In this document: piece after piece, positions 57,147 through 64,000 of the stretch
Position numbering within the stretch: position 1 is the stretch's first letter
Layout of the letters: the number at the start of each line of letters is the position of its first letter
Source: an uncultured Acidobacteriota bacterium
GTDB taxonomy: Bacteria > Acidobacteriota > Terriglobia > Acidiferrales > UBA7541
Direction: 5' to 3'
NCBI GenBank assembly: GCA_963810625.1
Contig: CAWEOJ010000002.1
Location: 8,177 to 72,176 of the forward strand
Length of the DNA: 64,000 nt
The notes under the pieces: generated by a model
The model's input: the letters and a program-made list of their open reading frames with translations, nothing else
What the model was told of the DNA's origin: nothing
Database searches by the model: none
Translations under genes and position numbers: made by a program

Positions 57147-58544
57147 TTAGTAGTTGATGGTGAGCCCTCGCACGGCGTTGAACGCGTCGCCCATCGCTTC
57201 CCACACGGTCGGATGCGCGTGAATCACGCCCGCCATGTCGTCGAGCGTGGCTTCCAGGCTCAGCGCCGCGGTCGCTTCGGAAATAATTTCCGTCGCCAGC
57301 GGCCCGATGGCGTGCACGCCCAGAATTTCGCCGTACTTCGCCTCCGCCACCACCTTGATGAACCCCTCGTGCATGCCCAGAATCGTGGCCTTGCTGTTGG
57401 CCAGGAACGGAAACTTCCCGGTCTTCACCTCGTAGCCCGCCTCGCGCGCCTGCTTTTCCGTCAGCCCGATCGAGCCGATTTGCGGCTCGCAGTACGTGGC
57501 GTTCGGGCAGCGTTTGCGGTCGAACGGCTGCACGTCCTTTCCCGCCATGCGCCCCACGGCAATGATTCCTTCCATCGAAGCGGCGTGCGCCAGTTGCGGC
57601 ATCCCCGCGACGATGTCGCCGATGGCGTAGAGCCGCGGCTCATCCGTTTCAAGATATGCGCTCGTGTGCACGAAGCCGCGCTCGAGCTTCGCCTTGGTCT
57701 TCTCGATTCCGGTATTTTCGGTGAGCGGGCGCCGCCCCACCGCGATCAGAACTTTTTCAGCGGAGATGGATTGCGATTTTCCGGCCTTGTCCGTGAACGT
57801 GACCGTCGCGCCCTTGGCATCCTTCTTCACCGCGTTCACCTTGGCCTCGGTCTCGATGCGGATGCCCTTCTTTTGGAAGGCTTTCAGCAACTCAGCGGAA
57901 ATTTCCTCATCTTCGAGCGGCACAACGCGCGGCAGCGCTTCGAGGATGGTCACGTCCGTTCCGAACGTCCGAAAAATGGACGCGAATTCCACTCCCACGG
58001 CGCCCGCGCCCACCACCACCAGCGATTTCGGAATGTTCGGAAGCGCCAGAATTTCGCGGTTCGTCAAAATCGTCTGGCCATCTATCTCCACGCCCGGCAG
58101 CGTGCGCGCGTCCGAGCCGCTGGCTAGCATCGTGTAATTCGTTTCGATCTCGGTCGTTTTCCCGTCCTTCTCGACGGACACTCGCCCCGGCCCCGCGATT
58201 CGCCCCCATCCCGTGATGGAATCAACCTTGTTTTTCTTGAACAGCGCCGCGATCCCTAGCGCGTGCTTCTTGACGATTCTGTCCTTGCGCGCCAGCATGG
58301 CCGGCCAATTCACCTTCACATCCTTCACTTCGAATCCGAATTCCTCGGCGCGCTGAAAATAGTCGTAGATGTCCGCGTGGTGCAGAAACACTTTCGTGGG
58401 AATGCAGCCGATGTGCAGGCACGTCCCGCCCAGAAACGGGTCCTTTTCGACCACGGCGGTTTTCAATCCCCACTCGGAGGCGCGAATGGCGGCCACGTAG
58501 CCGCCCGGTCCGCTTCCGATGATCACCAGATCATATTTGGCCAA
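57147..58544 (-). CDS. lpdA: dihydrolipoyl dehydrogenase (E3)
   Basis: IIGSGPGGYVAA, redox disulfide GGTCLHIGCIPTK, C-terminal HAHPT. Confidence 0.92.
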   Translation of the reverse strand: MAKYDLVIIGSGPGGYVAAIRASEWGLKTAVVEKDPFLGGTCLHIGCIPTKVFLHHADIYDYFQRAEEFGFEVKDVKVNWPAMLARKDRIVKKHALGIAALFKKNKVDSITGWGRIAGPGRVSVEKDGKTTEIETNYTMLASGSDARTLPGVEIDGQTILTNREILALPNIPKSLVVVGAGAVGVEFASIFRTFGTDVTILEALPRVVPLEDEEISAELLKAFQKKGIRIETEAKVNAVKKDAKGATVTFTDKAGKSQSISAEKVLIAVGRRPLTENTGIEKTKAKLERGFVHTSAYLETDEPRLYAIGDIVAGMPQLAHAASMEGIIAVGRMAGKDVQPFDRKRCPNATYCEPQIGSIGLTEKQAREAGYEVKTGKFPFLANSKATILGMHEGFIKVVAEAKYGEILGVHAIGPLATEIISEATAALSLEATLDDMAGVIHAHPTVWEAMGDAFNAVRGLTINY

Positions 58545-58563
58545 GCCAGTTCTCCCTCACGGG

Positions 58564-58629
58564 TGGTGGGTCAGTTTGAATTTTCTTGATCGTGAGACAA
58601 AAGGCCAAAATTCAAACTCACCCATTACC
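58564..58629 (+). repeat. 66-bp hairpin REP/MITE-like element, copy 4
   Basis: tggtGGGTCAGTTTGAATTTTcttgatcgtgagacaaaaggccAAAATTCAAACTCACCCattaccc (one C:C mismatch in the stem). Confidence 0.85.
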
Positions 58630-58761
58630 CCCTTGCGGACCTTATTTCCGTCCGGCTGATTCGATGCATGGAAGGGTTTTCTCGATTGCGGCTCTTCCAG
58701 GCGCGCAGAACATTGATTTTAGCAGCCGCACTCCGCCGCCGCAACCACGGCCGTCACGCGG

Positions 58762-58826
58762 TGGTGGGTCGGTTTGAATTTTCTTGATCGTGGCACAAAA
58801 AGCCAAAATTCAAACTGACCCATTAC
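58762..58826 (+). repeat. 66-bp hairpin REP/MITE-like element, copy 5
   Basis: tggtGGGTCGGTTTGAATTTTcttgatcgtggcacaaaaagccAAAATTCAAACTGACCCattactc. Confidence 0.85.
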
Positions 58827-58974
58827 TCGTCACGCGAGTAGCGTGCTAAAACCATCGGCGCCGCGCGGAATCCTTTGTCGCTCCCGCCGCATCTACTATC
58901 ACTCGGTTCGAGTGCCTCCCGCGGCCCCGTCCCCGGGATGTAGCGCATTCCGCATCCCGCGCAACGTCACTGAT

Positions 58975-59004
58975 TTGACAAGACGCGGAACGGGCCTGTA
59001 AAAT
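58975..59004 (+). promoter_or_regulatory. sigma70-like promoter upstream of the dksA-family gene
   Basis: TTGACA (58975-58980), 18-nt spacer, TAAAAT (58999-59004), ~45 nt before the ATG at 59049. Confidence 0.45.
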
Positions 59005-59048
59005 CGTTCGATTTTGGTGAGGCATTCGGCTCGCTGTGGAACCTGCAT

Positions 59049-59402
59049 ATGGATAAGAAACGGCTCGAATATTATAAAAAGAAGCTGGCCACGCGGCGCG
59101 AGGAGCTGCTGCGCGGCATCGCCCGCACCGAACAGGAGGGCCGCGAAGCCGACGAAGACCCCACCGTGGACCTCGCCGACAAGGCCGCCAACTCCTACAC
59201 CAAGGAATTTCTCTTCGGCCAGACGCACAACGAACGCTCCCTGCTGCAACTGGTGGACGATGCGCTCGCCCGCATCCGTGAAAATACCTTTGGCGAATGT
59301 ATCTCCTGCCATGTCGAGCTCCAGCAGAAGCGCCTCGAAGCCGTCCCCTGGACCCGCTACTGCCTTACCTGCCAGGAAAAGAAGGAGCAGGGCCTGCTGT
59401 AG
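59049..59402 (+). CDS. DksA/TraR-family C4 zinc-finger protein
   Basis: Coiled-coil N-terminus plus CISCHVELQQKRLEAVPWTRYCLTC. Confidence 0.85.
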   Translation: MDKKRLEYYKKKLATRREELLRGIARTEQEGREADEDPTVDLADKAANSYTKEFLFGQTHNERSLLQLVDDALARIRENTFGECISCHVELQQKRLEAVPWTRYCLTCQEKKEQGLL

Positions 59403-59492
59403 TAGTAGCTCGCCCGCACTGAGTTTCGCTCTTCCCTTCCCGCCCGTTTTGGAGTAGCGTCTCCCGGTACCCCATCGGTTAACAACGCATCC

Positions 59493-60368
59493 GTGATCTT
59501 AAGGAACGCCCTCGACGCACTGGCCTCGGTGCTTCTTCCCGCGCCGTGCCGCATCTGCGGCCAAGCGCTCACGAACGCCAGCCGCATTCCCATCTGCGGC
59601 CCCTGCCTGGATTCCTTCGAGCGCATTGCCGAGCCGATGTGCCGCTGTTGCGGCCGGCCATTCGTCTCCGCCGTGGCGGCGCAGGCCATCGAGCCGCTCT
59701 GCCGCCTCTGCCGCGCCAATTTCTACGCCTTCGACCAAGCGCGCACCTTCGCCATCTATGGCGACGCGCTCTCACAGGCCATCACCCTCCTGAAATACGA
59801 AGAGGTCTCGCGCCTGGGCGACTGGTTCGCCGCGCGACTCGCCGAAGTCTTCTCGCGCGCTGCCGGCGATTGGCGCCCCAGCGTCATCATTCCCGTCCCG
59901 CTCTTTCCCGCGCGCCTGCGTGAGCGCGGTTACAACCAGTCCGACTTGATCGCACGGCCTCTCGCCAAGCGCCTCGGCCTCCGGCTCGAATCCCGCCTTC
60001 TCACGCGCATCAAGCCTCGCCCGCCCCAGCTTCTCCTCTCGCGCAACGAGCGCTGGAAATCCGTACGTGGCGCCTACGCCACGCGCGAAGGTCTGCGGGT
60101 TGACAACCTCCGCGTTCTGCTGATAGATGATGTATTGACGACTGGCGCGACCCTCGATTCCTGCGCCCGCACGCTCAAGAAGGCGGGCGCGGCGGCTGTC
60201 TTCGGTCTGACGGTTGCGCGCATCGTTCCCGGCTGGGTCTCCCGCAGGCCGGTCGCAGCGGCGCCGAGCCAGGCAGTTTCAGGAAACCGGATGGTTGCGA
60301 AAAGCATCTCTAGCACCGTTCCAACTCAGCACCGCAAGGCTCAGAATGGCGGAAGGCAATGTGAATGA
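59493..60368 (+). CDS. ComF-family protein (phosphoribosyltransferase domain with N-terminal Cys-rich finger)
   Basis: CRICGQAL...CGPC...CRCCGRPF...CRLC and the PRT motif LLIDDVLTTGATL. GTG start. The ~45-aa C-terminal tail looks non-conserved. Confidence 0.78.
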   Translation: MILRNALDALASVLLPAPCRICGQALTNASRIPICGPCLDSFERIAEPMCRCCGRPFVSAVAAQAIEPLCRLCRANFYAFDQARTFAIYGDALSQAITLLKYEEVSRLGDWFAARLAEVFSRAAGDWRPSVIIPVPLFPARLRERGYNQSDLIARPLAKRLGLRLESRLLTRIKPRPPQLLLSRNERWKSVRGAYATREGLRVDNLRVLLIDDVLTTGATLDSCARTLKKAGAAAVFGLTVARIVPGWVSRRPVAAAPSQAVSGNRMVAKSISSTVPTQHRKAQNGGRQCE

Positions 60369-60583
60369 CGCAGGGAAGCCTTCGCATACTTGGCTAAAAA
60401 AGTTGGACCGGCACTAGTACTACCTGAGGTAAAATGTAAGCTGGCGCAACGTAAGCCGCAACGCCAATGGATAGCCGTCTCAAGACCGGCCTTCGCCCCC
60501 GGCCCAATATCGGCCTCGCTGGACTCGCGCCCGAGCATGCCGGCCCGAGGCCATTGACCGCCCCGCCCAGCAGGCCCTCCGTG

Positions 60584-61094
60584 ATGCAGGCGCCCGTGCT
60601 CGTCCTCAACGCCACATTCGAGCCTATCAACGTCACCGCCGTGCGCCGCGCCCTGGTCCTGATGCTCAAGGGAGTGGCCCAGGCCGAGGAAACCAACCAC
60701 GCCGAGGTGCACTCCGCCTCGCGCGCCATTCAGGTGCCCTCCGTGATTCGCCTGGTGAGCTACCGCCACATTCCCCAGCAGAGCCGCGCTCTCTCGCGGA
60801 AAAATATTTTGCTGCGCGACCGCAACACCTGCCAGTTTTGCGGCGATGCCCTGCCCGCTTCGGAGCTGACCCTCGATCATGTCGTCCCTCGTTCGCGGGG
60901 CGGCCGGTCGTCGTGGGAAAATCTCGTGGCCTGCTGCTACGGCTGCAACAATCGCAAAGGCGACCGCACGCCGGAAGAGGCCGGACTAAAGCTGCAAAGG
61001 CGTCCCCGGCCGTTCACTCTGCACACCTCGCGTCAATTGATGCGCCTCATCGGCCATCGCGACGAGAAAGTGGCGCAAATATCTTTTTTATTGA
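60584..61094 (+). pseudogene. HNH endonuclease, +1 frame break at ~61070 near the 3' end
   Basis: [17 protein letters not shown]...[29 protein letters not shown]...GHRDEK|WRKYLFY* when read one base later. The uncorrected ORF would run through the terminator at 61167. Confidence 0.75.
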
Positions 61095-61166
61095 CCGCGC
61101 AAATTCGAGGCAACCTTTTCCGCATCCGAGCGTCTAATGTATCAAACGCTTCTAGGACACACCCCG

Positions 61167-61210
61167 GGAAGCGACACCGGCTCCACCCGGTTCGCTTCCT
61201 TTCTTTTTTT
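61167..61210 (+). terminator. Rho-independent terminator
   Basis: GGAAGCGAcACCGGctccacCCGGTTCGCTTCC followed by TTTCTTTTTTT. Confidence 0.8.
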
Positions 61211-61590
61211 CCGCTTCTGTTTCTGATTTTGTAGATTCTCTTTATCACCAAGCTTGTGCGCGGTGAGGATCTGAGCTTTTACCGCGAACTGGATAAGACC
61301 GGCCGACTTCCCTGAATTCCGGAGAACCGATCTTATTGCCAACTGACGTCACGATTCCCGCCGTGTCGTCGGACACTCGGAAGATATCCTTCCCTTGAGA
61401 TGCAGGCTTTACCGCTGGGTCTCGTTCACTACTACAATTGTCACTGAGCCCTCTTCGAGCCCCTTCCCTTCCTGCCCGCCGACAAGGGCCCGCTCCCGCC
61501 TTGCATCTGACATGAGCTCATTTAAGGCCATTTAAGGGCGCAAAAACGCGCAAAAAAATGCATTTTAGGGCCTTTTAACCAGCTTAAGAA

Positions 61591-61745
61591 AGCAAAGTCC
61601 ATGCTGCTGTTGCTGACGCCAAAAGCTGCAAACATCAGCAAAGTCCATGTTGCTGTTGCTGACGCCAAAAGCTGCAAACATCGGCAAAGTCCATGCTGCT
61701 GTTGCTGACGCCAAAAGCTGCAAATATCAGCAAAGTCCATGCTGC
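61591..61745. repeat. 46-bp tandem repeat, 3 full copies plus a partial fourth
   Basis: Units at 61591, 61637, 61683 and 61729: (a/g)gcaaagtccatg(c/t)tgctgttgctgacgccaaaagctgcaaa(c/t)atc. Contiguous, with no spacers. Confidence 0.9.
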
Positions 61746-61896
61746 AAATTGCGGCAATGTGCTTGCTTGAATTGCTGGAGCCTTTCGAGCAAACTGAAGG
61801 GGGTCTCCGCTTCACTTTTCCGCGCAAAAGGGCTATCTTCAGGCGAAGCAAAATTGAATCTATAATGAGAATCAACCACTCAACCGCGGCCCGCCC

Positions 61897-62202
61897 ATGA
61901 AGATCACCCGCGACGACGTTATCCGCGTGGCCGAGCTCGCCCATCTCGAGCTATCCCCCGAAGAGATAAACACTTACCTCGGCCAGCTCGACGACATACT
62001 CACCTATATAGACAAGCTGAACGAGCTTGATGTCGCCGCGACCGAACCCATGGCCCAGGTCCTCTTCGCACCCTCAGGAGACGCCCATCCCGAGCTGCGT
62101 GCCGACATACCCCGCCCGTGCGACGCATCCGAGGCCATCCTTGCGCAGGCGCCCGATGCAGCAACGCCCTTTTTCCGCGTCCCTCGGGTGATCGACCGTT
62201 GA
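61897..62202 (+). CDS. gatC: Asp/Glu-tRNA(Asn/Gln) amidotransferase subunit C
   Basis: [45 protein letters not shown]. Confidence 0.9.
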   Translation: MKITRDDVIRVAELAHLELSPEEINTYLGQLDDILTYIDKLNELDVAATEPMAQVLFAPSGDAHPELRADIPRPCDASEAILAQAPDAATPFFRVPRVIDR

Positions 62203-63644
62203 CCGCCGCCGCCCCCTGGACCGTCGCCGGCGTTCGCCATGCGCTCGCGGCCAAAAAAATTTCCGCGCGCGAGCTGACCGCCGAGTTCTACTCTCGCATC
62301 TCCGCCCGCAACGCCGAATTAAACGCATTCCTCACGCTTTCCCCCGAGCGCGCCTACGCCAAGGCGGACCTCATGGATTCCGAAATCGCCCGCGGCGCAG
62401 CCCTGCCTCCATTGGCAGGCGTGCCCATTGCCGTAAAGGACGTCATCAGCACGCGCGGCGTTCGCACCACATGTGGCTCGAAGATTCTCGAAACCTATAT
62501 CCCTCCCTATGACGCCACCGCCGTCGAAAAGCTCGAAGCCGCTGGGGCCGTGGTCCTGGGAAAAACCAACTGCGACGAATTTGCCATGGGCAGCTCCAAC
62601 GAGAACTCAGCATACGGACCCGTACGGAACCCCGTCGCTCTCGACCGTGTTCCCGGCGGCTCGAGTGGTGGTTCGGCTGCCGCCGTTGCCGCCGGCCTTG
62701 CCGTCGCCGCCCTGGGAACCGATACGGGCGGTTCGATTCGCCAGCCGGGGGCCTGCTGCGGCATCCCCGGCCTCATGCCCACCTATGGACGCGTATCCCG
62801 CTATGGGCTGATCGCCTATGCCTCGTCTCTCGATAAAATCGGGCCACTTACGGGGAATATTGCCGATGCAGCTGCCGTGATGAGCGCTATCGCCGGCCAC
62901 GACGCAAACGATTCCACATCCGCGGCCGTCCCGGTCGAGAACTATGCGGCCGCGGTCAAGAAGCCAATCAAGGGATTGCGCGTCGGCATCCCGGAAGACT
63001 ATTTCGGCGCGGGACTCGACCCGGAGGTTAAGACCAAAGTCGAATCCGGTATTGCTTTGCTCGAAAAGCTGGGCTGCCGCCGCGTGGCCCTGCGCATGCC
63101 GCACACCGACTACGCCATCGCTACCTATTACATCATCGCCACCGCCGAAGCGAGTTCGAATCTGGCGCGTTACGACGGCGTGCGCTACGGAGTGCGCGTC
63201 CCGGGAAACACGCTCATCGAAATGTACCGCAAGACGCGCGAACGCGGTTTTGGCTCCGAGGTAAAGCGCCGCATCATGCTGGGAACCTACGTCTTATCCG
63301 CAGGCTACTACGATGCTTACTATCTCCGCGCGCAAAAAGTGCGCTCGCTCATTGCCCGCGATTTTGCCGCCGCCTTCGAGAAGGCTGATGTGATTGTCAC
63401 GCCCACAGCTCCCACCCCTGCCTTCCGGCTGGGAGAAAAGACCTCCGACCCGCTCCAGATGTATCTTGCTGATATATATACAGTTACAGGATCGCTTGCC
63501 GGTGTTCCAGGAATTTCCGTCCCTTGCGGCAACACTCGCGCCGGCCTGCCGGTGGGCATGCAAATTTTCGGGCCGCACTTCAGCGAGGGCCGTGTGCTGC
63601 AACTCGCTCACGCCTTTGAGAATAGCGGCGGCTTCACGATTTAA
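62199..63644 (+). CDS. gatA: Asp/Glu-tRNA(Asn/Gln) amidotransferase subunit A
   Basis: Probable TTG start overlapping the gatC stop (TTGA). Amidase signature [14 protein letters not shown]...[11 protein letters not shown]. Confidence 0.9.
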   Translation: MTAAAPWTVAGVRHALAAKKISARELTAEFYSRISARNAELNAFLTLSPERAYAKADLMDSEIARGAALPPLAGVPIAVKDVISTRGVRTTCGSKILETYIPPYDATAVEKLEAAGAVVLGKTNCDEFAMGSSNENSAYGPVRNPVALDRVPGGSSGGSAAAVAAGLAVAALGTDTGGSIRQPGACCGIPGLMPTYGRVSRYGLIAYASSLDKIGPLTGNIADAAAVMSAIAGHDANDSTSAAVPVENYAAAVKKPIKGLRVGIPEDYFGAGLDPEVKTKVESGIALLEKLGCRRVALRMPHTDYAIATYYIIATAEASSNLARYDGVRYGVRVPGNTLIEMYRKTRERGFGSEVKRRIMLGTYVLSAGYYDAYYLRAQKVRSLIARDFAAAFEKADVIVTPTAPTPAFRLGEKTSDPLQMYLADIYTVTGSLAGVPGISVPCGNTRAGLPVGMQIFGPHFSEGRVLQLAHAFENSGGFTI

Positions 63645-63743
63645 TCCATACCAAAAAAACCGACGTACTGGTCCGGAATGTACGAACCGGCCATTGCGGC
63701 CCGCATGTGCCTCGCGTACTTTGAGCTACATGGAGGGTGCCCA

Positions 63744-64000
63744 ATGAAAATCAGAATTTCACTGTTGCTGTTGGCGATCGCAGCGTGGATGGTGGTTGCC
63801 CGGCCTGCGAACGCACAAGTGTCGAACTGGACCTTGTCATGGAGTAATGTCTACACAGGAACTGCGGGGGTTTTTACGCCCACCAGCAGCAATAACTCAT
63901 ATTGGACCTTCGACACCGGTAAGGGCACCTTCGGCACCGGCGAAATTGAAGACATGATTAGCGACGGCACCACCTCGTACCTGGATGGCAGCGGCCATCT
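63744..64000 (+). CDS. secreted protein, 5' part only (runs off the right edge)
   Basis: GGAGGG RBS; MKIRISLLLLAIAAWMVVARPANAQ signal peptide. The following WTFDTGKGTFGTGEIEDM is faintly GH16/concanavalin-like. Confidence 0.55.
   Translation, partial: MKIRISLLLLAIAAWMVVARPANAQVSNWTLSWSNVYTGTAGVFTPTSSNNSYWTFDTGKGTFGTGEIEDMISDGTTSYLDGSGH

Noticed and set aside
54569-58127. Long + strand ORFs (54569..56170, 57078..58127) across the E2 and lpdA genes
   Set aside because: Shadows of the minus-strand E2 and E3 genes, which carry the diagnostic lipoyl, DHRAVDG and CxxxxC motifs.
61591-61745. Possible CRISPR array
   Set aside because: The 46-bp units are directly contiguous with no unique spacers, and no cas genes are nearby; this is a plain tandem repeat.
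63744-64000. Calling the right-edge ORF a GH16 glycoside hydrolase
   Set aside because: Only 85 residues are visible and the ExDxxE catalytic motif is not in the window; the call is kept as a generic secreted protein.

Overview
High-GC chromosomal segment, probably from an Acidobacteria-type genome. That assignment is an inference from three TIGR03436-style VWA paralogues, the TonB-like architecture and several REP families. Most of the window is housekeeping: metH (partial), an ileS-lspA-lgt cluster, rluD, a UvrD-like helicase-nuclease divergent from recA, a PBP transpeptidase, korAB, an mscS-family gene, a MocR-type regulator, tRNA-Cys, sppA, an MltD-like lytic transglycosylase, an lpdA-lipB-E2 operon, a dksA-family gene, comF, an HNH gene and gatCA. 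The accessory content lies at about 29.4-38.1 kb. It holds a HigB/HigA-like TA pair, a truncated Phd-like antitoxin fused to a toxin remnant, and three tandem Rhs-core/toxin/immunity cassettes with no full-length rhs gene in the window. The three toxin C-termini are a T4-type lysozyme paired with an LprI/DUF1311 protein, an unknown Gly-rich domain paired with a multi-TM protein, and a JAB-like domain paired with a secreted protein. Each of the last two cassettes is followed by a repeat module carrying a perfect consensus parS 16-mer. A second candidate system is a translationally coupled HipA-like kinase + DUF3037 pair at 50.7-52.3 kb. The window also has at least two REP/hairpin families, a 46-bp tandem repeat upstream of gatC, and a bipartite operator-like repeat flanking the MocR gene. 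Eight single-nucleotide (+1) reading-frame breaks fall in otherwise conserved genes (tonB-like, ileS x2, lgt x3, uvrD-like, HNH); insertion-type assembly errors explain them best. All calls come from reading the supplied translations and sequence by eye. No database search was run, so family assignments rest on recognised motifs and gene starts are approximate.
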